Assembly: GCF_036365525.1 (NCBI RefSeq)
Contig: NC_090378.1
Location: 123,985,593-124,049,592, forward strand
Direction of reading: 5' to 3'
Length of the DNA stretch: 64,000 nucleotides
Source of the DNA: Heterodontus francisci
Taxonomy: Eukaryota
Position numbers and translations under genes: made by a program. Of the stretch, positions 54,010-64,000 are shown in pieces (the stretch's first letter is position 1; the number at the start of each line of letters is the position of its first letter). The notes beneath the pieces were generated by a model that worked only from the letters and a program-made list of their open reading frames with translations, did not search any database and had not been told where the DNA came from.

Positions 54010-56855
54010 ATAGAATTATAGAATGGTTACAGCACAGAAGAAGGCCATTCAGGCCATCATTTCTGTGCTGGATCTCTGAAAGAGCAATTCACCTCGTGAC
54101 ACTCCGGCACCTTCTCCCCGTCATCCTGCATATCCTTCCTTTTAGGAGAATAATCCAATTCCCTTTTGAATGCATCAATTGAACCTGCCTCCACCACACT
54201 CTCAGGCAGTGCATTCCAGATCCGAACTACTCGCTGTGTGAAAAAGTTTCTCCTCATGTCACCATTGCATCTTTTGCCAATTACCTTAAATCTCTGCCCT
54301 CTGGTTCTCGATCCTTCCACCAATGGTAATAGTTTCTCCCTATCTACTCTGTCCAGAGCCCTAATGATTTTGAATACCCCTATCAAATCCCCTCTCAACC
54401 TTCTCATCTCCAAGGAAACAGTCCCAGCTTCTCCAATTTATCCACATAACTATCCCTGGACCGATTCTTGTGAATCCTTTCTGCACCCTCTCTAATGCCT
54501 TCACTTCCTTCCTAAATTGTGGCACCCAGAACTGGACACAGTCCTCCAGTTGAGGCTGAACTAGTGTTTTATACAAATTTAACATAACCTCCTTGCTCTT
54601 GTACTCTGTGCCCCTATTAATAAAGCCCAGGATACTGTATGCTTTATTAACCTCTCTCTCAACCTGTCCTGCCACCTTCAATGACTTCCGCACATATACA
54701 CTTAGGTCCCTCTGCTCCTGTACCTCCTTTAGAATTATACCCTTTATTTTATATTGTCTCTCCGCATTCTCTCTACCACATCACACTTCTCTGCATTTAA
54801 ATTTCATCTGCCACTTGTCAGCCCATTCCACCAACCTGTCTGTATCCTTTTGAAGTTCTGCACTGTCTTCCTCACAGTTCACAATACTTCCAAGTTTTGT
54901 ATCTTCTGCAAATTTTGAAATTGTGCCCTGCACACCAAGGTTTAGGTCATTAATATATATTAGGAAAAGCAAGGATCCCAACACTGATCCCTGAGGAACT
55001 CCACTACAAATCTTCCTCCAGCCTGAAAAATATCCATTAACTACTCTCTTTTTCCTGTCACTCAGCCAATTTTGTATCCATGTTGCTTCTGTCCCTTTTA
55101 TTCCATGAGCTATAACTTTGCTCACCAGTCTGTTGTGTGGCACTGTGTCAAACACCTTTTGAAAGTCCATGTACACAACATCAACAGCAACAACATTGCC
55201 CTCATCAACTCTCTCTGTTACCTGATCAAAAACTCCAACAAGTTAGTTAAACATGATTTGCCCTGAACAAATCATTGCTGGCTTTCCTTAACTAACTTGC
55301 ACTTGTCCATGTGACTATTAATCTTGTCCCGAATTATTCTTTCTAGAAGTTTCCCCACCACTGATGTTAAACTGACTGGCTTGACATTGCTGGGCTTATC
55401 TTTACACCCTTTTTTTGAACAAGGGTGTCACATTTACAATTCTCCAATTCTCTGCCACCATCCCTGAGTTTAACGAAGACTGTAAAATTATGGCAGTGGC
55501 TCTGCAATTTCCACTCTCACTCCCTCAGTATCCTTGGGTGCATCTCATCCAGTCCTGGTGTTTAATCCACTTTAAGTACAGACAGCCTATCCAATAACTC
55601 CTCTTTATCAATTTTAAACCCATCTGGTGTCTGAATTACCTTCTCTTTCACTATGACCTGTGCAGCATCTTCTCCCTTGATAAAGACAGATGGAAAGTAT
55701 TCATTTCATACCTCAGCCATGCTCCTACCTCCATGTGTAAATCCCCTTTTTGGTCCCTAATCGCCCCACTACTCCTTTTACCACTCTTTTACTATATACA
55801 TGCCGATACAAGACTATTAGATCCACTATTGTATTAGCTGCCAGTCTCTTTTCATACTCTCTCTTTTCTTCCCTTTGCCTTTTAAATTCCCCTCTGAGCC
55901 TTCTACATTCAGCCTGGTTCTCGATTGTAGGGGGAGGTGATGGTGTAGTGGTAATGTCACTTGACCAGTAATCCAGAGGCCCAGGCTAATTTTTTTTTTA
56001 GAGATACAGCATTGAAACAGGCCCTTCGGCCCACCGAGTCTGTGCCGACCATCAACCACCCATTTATACTAATCCTACACTAATTCCATATTCCTACCAC
56101 ATCCTCACCTGTACCCAAATTTCCCTACCACCTACCTATACTAGGGGCAATTGCTAATGGCCAATTTACCTATCAATCTGCAAGTCTTTGGCATGTTTGA
56201 GGAAACCGGAGCACCCGGAGGAAACCCACGCAGACACAGAGAGAACTTGCAAACTCCACACAGGCAGTACCCAGAATTGAACCCGGGTCGCTGGAGCTGT
56301 GAGGCTGCGGTGCTAACCACTGCGCCACTGTGCCGTTCTGGGGACATGTGTTTGAATCCCACCATGGCAGATAGTGAAATTTGAATTCAATTAATAAATC
56401 TGGAATTAAAAGCTGGTGGAATGGTGACCATGAAACCATTGTCGATTGTTGTAAAAACCCATCTGGTTCACTAATGTCCTTCAGGGAAGGAAATCTGCAG
56501 GCCTTACCTGGTCTGGTCTTCATGTGACTCCAGACCCACAGCAATGTGGTTGACTCTTAAATGCCTTCAGTGGGCAATTAGGGATGGGCAATAAATGCTG
56601 GCCTAGCCAGTGACGCCCATATCCCATGATCAAATAACAAAAGAAAATCCACCTGACATTTATCATAAGCAGACTTTTTCTTCTTTATCTTAACCTCTGT
56701 CTCTTTTGTCATCCAGGGAGCTCTGGATTTGTTTGCCCCACGTTTCCCCTTCGTGGAAATACACCTTGGTTTTGCCCGAACTATCTCTTCTTTAAAAGCA
56801 GCCCATTGTTCAGTTACAGTTCTCCAATTTATCTGGGTCAGATCCATTCTTACCC
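54010..56855 (-). mobile_element. Decayed CR1 LINE in the V-J interval, interrupted by nested SINEs
   Basis: RT fragments YMDFQKVFDTVPH, GVPQGSVLG, KFAEDTK, LERVQK..., RRLRGDLI, FFTQRVVRIWN. Confidence 0.9.
55930..56635 (+). mobile_element. tRNA-derived SINE (+ strand) with an HE1-like SINE (about 55995-56335, - strand) inserted in its head
   Basis: A-box TGGTGTAGTGG at about 55941, B-box-like GTTTGAATCCC at about 56350; the insert matches 14560-14906. Confidence 0.8.
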
Positions 56856-56859
56856 GAAG

Positions 56860-57660
56860 AGAGAGAGAGACACAGGGGCACACACCGGGAAGTAAACACA
56901 GAGAGAGACACACACAAATACAGACGGAGAGACAGACACACACACAGAGGCACACACCGAGAAGGAAACACAGAGAGAGACACACACACAAATACAGACA
57001 GAGAGAGGCACACACAGGGAAGGAAACACAGAGAGAGACACACACACAAANNNNNNNNNNNNNNNNNNNNNNNNNNNNNNNNNNNNNNNNNNNNNNNNNN
57101 NNNNNNNNNNNNNNNNNNNNNNNNNNNNNNNNNNNNNNNNNNNNNNNNNNNNNNNNNNNNNNNNNNNNNNNNNNNNNNNNNNNNNNNNNNNNNNNNNNGA
57201 GAGAGACACACACACAAATACAGACGGAGAGACAGACACACACACAGAGGCACACACCGGGAAGTAAACACAGAGAGAGACACACACACAAATACAGACG
57301 GAGAGACAGACACACACACAGAGGCACACACCGAGAAAGAAACACAGAGAGAGACACACACACAAATACAGACAGAGAGAGACACACACACAGAGGCACA
57401 CACCGAGAAGGAAACACAGAGAGAGACACACACACAAATACAGACAGAGAGAGACACACACACAGAGGCACACACCGAGAAGGAAACACAGAGAGAGACA
57501 CACACACAAATACAGACAGAGAGACAGACACACACACAGAGGCACACACAGGGAAGGAAACACAGAGAGAGAGAAAGAGAGACACACACACACACACAAA
57601 TACAGACAGAGAGAGAGAGACACAGTGACAGTGAAAGACAGAGAGAGTGTGAGAGTGAGT
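56860..57660. repeat. CA/GA-rich compound microsatellite/minisatellite containing a 148-N gap
   Basis: Recurring GAAACACAGAGAGAGACACACACACAAATACAGAC units. Confidence 0.92.
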
Positions 57661-57679
57661 GAGTGAAACACAGAGCAGA

Positions 57680-57718
57680 GGATATTGTACAGCCCCTGCA
57701 CTGGAAGCTGTCAGTGTG
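57680..57718 (+). other. 23-bp-spacer recombination signal sequence (J-RSS)
   Basis: Nonamer GGATATTGT 57680-57688, 23-bp spacer, heptamer CAGTGTG 57712-57718. Confidence 0.9.
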
Positions 57719-57753
57719 GTTAACGTTTGGTAAAGGAACCAAGCTCAGACTGA
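57719..57753 (+). CDS. IGKJ: Ig kappa J segment, LTFGKGTKLRL(S)
   Basis: FGXG motif; phase-1 donor A|GTAAGT, in phase with the C exon (A+GC = Ser). Confidence 0.96.
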
Positions 57754-58892
57754 GTAAGTAAACCTCAATCCTCCGTTACTAATCCTTTAAATACTGAAAC
57801 ATTCTAAAACACAAATGCTGAATAGTGGAAGGTGTTAGTAAGGAGCTGCAGTCAATGAAATGGTTCATTGAAGAGCACTGTGTATAACAGGGTGCCCAGC
57901 TGTATTTCTTTAGTTACATTCCCCCTTTAACCAACAAGATATAAGTAACCAACTTTTACCGAGTGTGTAGAGGAGATCTGGACGTTTGCAGACTGTGGTC
58001 ACATTCCTGCTCCATGGAGTGAAATCCCTCACTAGACTCCTGCCAGTCTCAGTGTGAGCTCTGGGTCTCTGTCACAGTCTCTGATAGAACTGATCTCAGC
58101 ACCAGCACAGTGAGACACCGAGGTCCCACCTCCCCCAGCTTTAACTCTGTTCTGTCCACTCCCTGCTTATCTCTTGTCAAAGTTCTGATGACAAACAGTG
58201 ACAGCAGGGCTCCCAATCCAGTGGCTTCAGTGTTCCAGGGTTTTGGGGAGACTCTCAGTTGCTTTCTCTTTGGGTGAAGTTCAGGCCAAAATTTATCTCT
58301 GAACCGACATTGCTAAAAATGCTCATTTACCTCATTGCTGTTTGTGGGATCTTGCTGTGCACAAATTGTCTGCCACATTTCCTACATTGCAACAGTGACT
58401 GCTCTTTAAACAAGTCCTTCATTGTCTGTAAATGACTTTGGGAGGTCCTGAGGTGTGAAATACTCGATATAAATACAAGTCTTTCTTTTCTTTTTATTAA
58501 CCGGGAGCTCCCACAATACCCTGTTGATTAAAGCTGAACCCAGCAGAAAATCCACAGAAAACTGACTAATGTTTGTCTGATTTGTCTGTGTGTTTATTAG
58601 ACATGACTGAGCAGATAGCAAGAGTTTCAGCAGCAACAAAGGTGTTACTCTAGTGCCCCTCCCACTTTCCCCATCGACTTACATAATACTTACGGGGAAA
58701 GGGCTCAGCACCTGCCATCGACTGGTTAAATGTCACCCCTCTAGACTACAGGTCTCCCACAATCTGCTCTCCATCTCTCTCCTGAAGGCACTATCTCTGG
58801 CTGGGGCACAGCTCCACCCTCCCCAAGTGGCCTCATTCCTCCAAGTGTGAGCCGGGAGGTTGAGAATGGCAGGCTATTCGACTGTGAGGTTT

Positions 58893-59286
58893 TAGTGTTG
58901 TCTCAGTGGGTAACACTCTCACCTCTGAGTCAGAATGTCGTGGCTTCAGGTCCCACTCCAGAGACTGGAGCACATAATCCAGGCTGACACTGCAGTGCAG
59001 TATTGAGGGAGTGCTGCATTGTCAGAGGTGCTGTCTTTCAGATGAGACAAACTGACGTCTGCCCTCTCAGGTGAATGTAAAGGATCCCACTGCACTATTA
59101 GAAGAGCAGGGGAATTCTCCTCGGTGTCCTGGACAATGTTTATCATTCAACCAACACCATTAAAAATCAGATTATCTGCTCAGTATCACTCAGCTGTCTG
59201 GGATCTTACTGTGAACAGTTGGCTGTAAAATACTTGAAGATATGCTGAGGTGGTGACAGGCGCTATAGAAATGCAAGTCTTTCTTT
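58893..59286 (+). mobile_element. Deu-domain SINE (SacSINE1-like) in the J-C intron; a related tail fragment lies at about 58315-58495
   Basis: tRNA-like head, core CAGGCTGACACTGCAGTGCAGTATTGAGGGAGTGCTGCA, tail GGCGCTATAGAAATGCAAGTCTTTCTTT. Confidence 0.75.
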
Positions 59287-60695
59287 GAGGTTGGAGGCTC
59301 CTGATCCTGACCCTCGCCCATTGTCCGCACACTGTCACCTTCCAGGGGTCATGGGATCATTCGGAGCAGTGACCCTGCCTGACCCCAGTGCACTGAGACT
59401 AATTATAGCCTCACCCTTGACCTCACCCCAGTGCTGGGCAGGAAGGTTTTAAATGACATCTAGAACCTTCTACACTGACACCCAACCCTTCTCCATCCCT
59501 CCATCCTCCCCCACGTCATCCAACCCTTCTCCATCCCTCCATCCTTCCCCCCGTCTGAGACTAAACCAGACTGTTCACAGCCTTGGTGTCATATTTCTGA
59601 CCTCATGTTCCGGCCATCACTAAGACCCCCTATTTCCACCGCAGTAACATCACACGACTGTGTCCCTGCTCAGCTCATCTGCTCATCATCTACCTCACTT
59701 TCCTCCTTTATCTCCATTTGTGGCTCAGTGTCATATTTCTGTTTTATAATGCTCCTGTGAAGCACATTGAGAGGTTTTAAGGGCTTAATGAGATTAAAGG
59801 CGCTATACACCACAGCTGCCACCATGTAATGAGAAGCTTTTTATGCTGTCTGATGCAACATTATTGAGGTATGTGGAGATCTGGCTGTTGAAGATCTCAA
59901 AATAGTGGTGCTCACCTCATTAGCATACGAAGATCTTAAAGGTACATTATTCTTAAAAGCAATTACTGAACATATAAATACAAGTTACTGTTTTGGTTGT
60001 TGTTATTTCTGAAGTGTGTTGAGACAAGTCTGTTCCAGTGTTCCGGAGAAAGTTCTCCCGATGTGTATGTGTGATCTGAGATTTGTTAACACTGAGCCTG
60101 TTTCCTCCAGATAGACTGATCTATAGTTCGAGCTTCCTGTCAGGTTAACAGTGTCTTAAAGGGACATTGAGTCTTCAAACACTCTTACTATAACCATTTC
60201 AGTGCTGAATTGGTGGTAACCCTTCATTACAGATTTAAAAAACTGTCCAACACCATTTAACCATCTGAACATCAAACGATTCAATGTATTTATATTTAGA
60301 CTAAACTTAGCAAGCTAGGCAAAACAGAAGGAAATCAAGAATTAATGGTTGTCACCTCTAATGGTTAAACACAAACAGGAGTCCATCAACCCAGCTGTCT
60401 GTTATCCAATGTGAATTCCAATGTAGAAACACCCACAGAGAGACACAGACGAATATACACATGGACCACTCAAATAGACTCAAAACATACAAATAAACAC
60501 AGAATACACAAACACACAGCACAGAAATATAAACACACAGAACACACAAATATGAACACAGAATTTACAAAAATATATAGAGAACACAGAAGCATAGACA
60601 TAGAACACAAAAATGCACAGATAATGCAAATATACACTGAAACACATAAATACACAAAGAGCACACAAATACACGAAGAACAAAATAATATATAT

Positions 60696-61527
60696 TGTTC
60701 CGACCAAGGTGGAAGAAATAAATATTAATTCAGTCCCACTTCTTCACGGGTCACAGCTGTTTCTTATGAATCGAAGGAATAATAAAATAAATCAGTTTGT
60801 CACGTTCTTGATATGAAGTTCTTCAGTTGAATGAGGTGTTCCAGAGTTGAATAGTCGGATGCCACTCAAAGTCTCTCCAGGAGAAGTTGATGAACAGTCT
60901 GTGATGGGTCGGCGTTCAGGGCAATTCGGCTACAGTAGGCGTCACACAGGACTTTTGGCAGGGGTGTAGCAACAGGTCTGCTGAGGGCTCACAGCAGCAG
61001 TATTGCAGTAGAAGCTTTCTTCAGGTTCCAGGATTTCCCAAAACACAGCAGGCAACAGGAACCATGCTGGATGCAGGAATTCTTCAGAGACAGGAGGCAA
61101 TCGGAATCTGCCACCTTTCAAATACAGGGTTTCTTTTCAAGAGATGCAAGTTTCCTTTACAGAGAGAGGTCTTTTTTGGCCTTCAACTTTGATCTCAAGG
61201 CAGATCAGCAACCAAATTTCAAATGCCTGCTTTTTGTCTAACTCATTGGATTTTAAAAGGGTCTGAAGTGACAGTAAACCTTCCTGAGCCAATCACATGA
61301 CCAGACATAGAGTATCCACTGTCATTAAAAGTGATGCTCTGAGGAGGTCAAAAACCCCTTGGCAGGCTTCCTTGAAACGGTTTGCTTTTCCTAGTCTTGT
61401 ATACAAAGTCAACATCCAAAAATTTCAGCTAGTTGCAGGTGTCCATGTCCACTGGAAATCCTGTTTTCAATTTTTAAAAACACATAGAATTCTAAGATTT
61501 TAGTACAAAAATAAATCTCTTGTAACA
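60696..61527. mobile_element. Solo LTR (832 bp) in the J-C intron
   Basis: Termini TGTT...AACA flanked by a 4-bp target duplication ATAT (60692-60695, 61528-61531); it splits one CA/AT-rich tract. Confidence 0.75.
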
Positions 61528-61777
61528 ATATACAGAACACACACATATACACAGAACAAATAAATATATACTCAGAATACATAAATATTTATAGAACACA
61601 CAAATATATATAGAACACATAAATACACACACAGAACACACAAATATACACACAGGAAACACAGATATACACAGAATATGCAAAAATGCACAAAGAACAC
61701 ATATACCCACAACACACAAATATATACACCGAGCACACAAACATGCAGTGATTAACAGTTTTTCTCTTCTCTTTCAG

Positions 61778-62106
61778 GCCGAGAGAAGTCTCAACCCACA
61801 CTGACCCTGCTGCCCCCCTCGGAGGAGGAGGTCAAGGCCAAGGGCACTGCCACCCTGGTGTGCCTTGCCGATCACTTCTATCCCGATGAAGTGGGGGTAG
61901 AGTGGAAGAAGGACGGTGCAGCCATTTCGGCCGGGGTTCAGACCAGCAACTACCTGCGAGCTTCGGATAGCACCTACAGTGTCAGCAGCCTGCTGACCCT
62001 CTCTGGCTCTGACTGGGAGTCCAACGCCCGCTTCTCCTGTGCCCTGATCCATGAGACCCTCTCCTCTCCCCTCAGTAAGAGTGTGAGCAGATCAGAATGT
62101 GTGTAG
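61778..62106 (+). CDS. IGKC: Ig kappa (type III/NS4-like) constant exon
   Basis: Acceptor TTTTCTCTTCTCTTTCAG. Encodes (S)REKSQPTLTLLPPSEEEVKAKGTATLVCLADHFYPDEVGVEWKKDG...STYSVSSLLTL...FSCALIHETLSSPLSKSVSRSECV*, a C1-set domain with a penultimate interchain Cys. Confidence 0.97.
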
Positions 62107-62261
62107 AGTGTTAGAGACAGTCCGCAGAGGAGACACAACTTTAAATATAACAGGGGTGAGCTGGGAGGATAAAGGTCATTTTCAACACGGAATTTCAACT
62201 CTCTTCCTTCTCGTGACTGGGTCTGAGACACCTCTGAGGATCAGGGGTTAAGGCACTAAAT

Positions 62262-62410
62262 TGGGACAGTGTAGAGGGAGCTTTACTCTGTATCTAACCC
62301 GTACTGTACCTGCCCTGGGAGTATTTGATTGGACAATGTAGACGGAGCTTTACTCTGTATCTAACCCGTACTGTACCTGCCCTGGGAGTGTTTGATTGGA
62401 CAATGTAGAC
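62262..62410. repeat. 67-bp minisatellite, about 2.2 copies, in the predicted 3' UTR
   Basis: CTTTACTCTG at 62281 and 62348. Confidence 0.85.
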
Positions 62411-62602
62411 TCGTGATGCCAAGTAAAACCTCTCTAAGATGCTGAAGACTGTCAGCTGAGCTAAAATAATGTGAACCTCAGAATTCGCCGCTCAGTAAAC
62501 CAGACCTCCTTCCTGCTCACTCTGCAGTTACAATTTAAAGTTTAGTCTCTGTTTAAAGCGACAGGATTCTCATGTTATTGAGAAAATCTCCACAACTGTT
62601 TT

Positions 62603-62703
62603 AATAAACCTCCATTCTCCCTGTGAATTTCTCCAGCTACCTCTCGCTGGGCTGTTTATTCAAGTCTTTTTTCTGTAAATGTAAATCAGTAAAAGGTAAT
62701 AAA
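62603..62703 (+). terminator. Candidate polyadenylation signals of the light-chain mRNA
   Basis: AATAAA at 62603-62608 (followed by T-rich sequence) and at 62698-62703. Confidence 0.7.
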
Positions 62704-63212
62704 CATTAAGAATATTCAGTAAATGTCTTGGGAGTGCTTTGGAAATGTCCCACCTTCCTGTCAGCTGATTGGCTGCATTTCAGCAAGTGAATCTGATGAT
62801 TGGCTGGTTGACCTGTCAATCAATAACATGTCAGAAGCAGAATTGATTCATAGCCAATTGTAAATCATATTAAAATGATCAGTTTTATCTCAAATCCCTT
62901 GAGATTACAAGATTAAAAACAGAAACTGAAAGCAGCTGGAATTAAATCATCACAATCCCAGCATTCACACTTCACTCTTCACACTGGAGGTGTTGGTGTA
63001 GCCCCAGCTGGTGGGATCGCACTGTGCACTCTGTGCTGACTGCTGAGTAATACCTGAAATGAGCCTGGGACAATCTCAGGGCTGGAGGCCACACTCACAA
63101 TGTTCATTTCTCCCACCTTAACCAATGCCTCATGGTAACAGTACAAAACTGAACCAAGTGAGGTCTCAGTTTAGAGAGAGGAGCAGTCAGGGTATCATTG
63201 TGTACATGACCC

Positions 63213-64000
63213 TGAGTGTGGGTGTGACTGTTACCCAGTACTGTCTGTAGGTGAGTGTCTCTGAGTGTGGGGGTGTTACCCAGTACTGTCTGTAGGTGTG
63301 TGTCTCTGAGTGTGGGTGTGTTACCCAGTACTGTCTGTAGGTGTGTGTCGCTGAGTGTGGGTGTGTTACCCAGTACTGTCTGTAGGTGTGTGTCTCTGAG
63401 TGTGGGTGTGTTACCCAGTACTGTCTGTAGGTGTGTGTCTCTGAGTGTGGGTGTGTTACCCAGTACTGTCTGTAGGTGAGTGTCTCTGAGTGTGGGTGTG
63501 TCACCCAGTACTGTCTGTAGGTGTGTGTCTCTGAGTGTGGGTGTGTCACCCAGTACTGTCTGTAGGTGTGTGTCTCTGAGTGTGGGTGTGTCACCCAGTG
63601 CTGTCTGTAGGTGTGTGTCTCTGAGTATGGGTGTGTCACCCAGTACTGTCTGTAGGTGTGTGTCTCTGAGTGTGGGTGTGTCACCCAGTACTGTCTGTAG
63701 GTGTGTGTCTCTGAGTGTGGGTGTGTTACCCAGTACTGTCTGTAGGTGAGTGTCTCTGAATGTGGGTGTATTACCCAGGACTGTCTGTAGGTGTGTGTCT
63801 CTGAGAGTGGGTGTGTCACCCAGTACTGTCTGTAGGTGTGTGTCTCTGAGTGTGGGTGTGTCACCCAGTACTGTCTGTAGGTGTGTGTCTCTGAGTGTGG
63901 GTGTGTCACCCAGTACTGTCTGTCAGTGTGTGTCTCTGAGTGTGGGTGTGTTACCCAGTACTGTCTGTAGGTGAGTGTCTCTGAATGTGGGTGTATTACC
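63213..64000. repeat. 45-bp minisatellite, same family and orientation as 1-1112, runs off the window end
   Basis: Same unit GTGTTACCCAGTACTGTCTGTAGGTGTGTGTCTCTGAGTGTGGGT. Confidence 0.97.

Noticed and set aside
59109-59120. NF-kB-like site GGGGAATTCTCC as an intronic kappa enhancer
   Set aside because: It lies within a common Deu-type SINE and has no supporting motif cluster.

Overview
Eukaryotic, repeat-rich cartilaginous-fish (elasmobranch, shark-like) genomic DNA with two assembly gaps (47932-48455, 57051-57198). The only confidently intact host locus is one unrearranged immunoglobulin light-chain cluster of the kappa type (shark type III / NS4-like) on the + strand: promoter (PU box, variant octamer, TATA), leader exon 49649-49697, V exon 49884-50181 with a perfect 12-RSS, a single J (23-RSS, 57719-57753) and a C exon 61778-62106. 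The rest is tandem repeats (45, 42, 36, 23, 32, 43, 61 and 67 bp units) and mostly decayed transposons (CR1, L2, Tx1, Gypsy-like LTR elements, HE1-like and Deu-type SINEs, Harbinger Myb/SANT relics, MITEs), plus one young CR1 with an open 707-aa RT frame. The most notable observations are: a 3.4-kb array of paired RSS-heptamer-like motifs that begins just after the V nonamer and inflates the V-J interval to about 7.5 kb; a flush V-J join that would make an in-frame stop; two dense B-cell enhancer-like motif clusters; an orphan minus-strand exon; and the same 45-bp satellite at both window ends, which suggests a roughly 63-kb duplicated cluster unit. All long ORFs inside the satellites are artefacts. 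I found no demonstrably new biological system; the candidates below are hypotheses.
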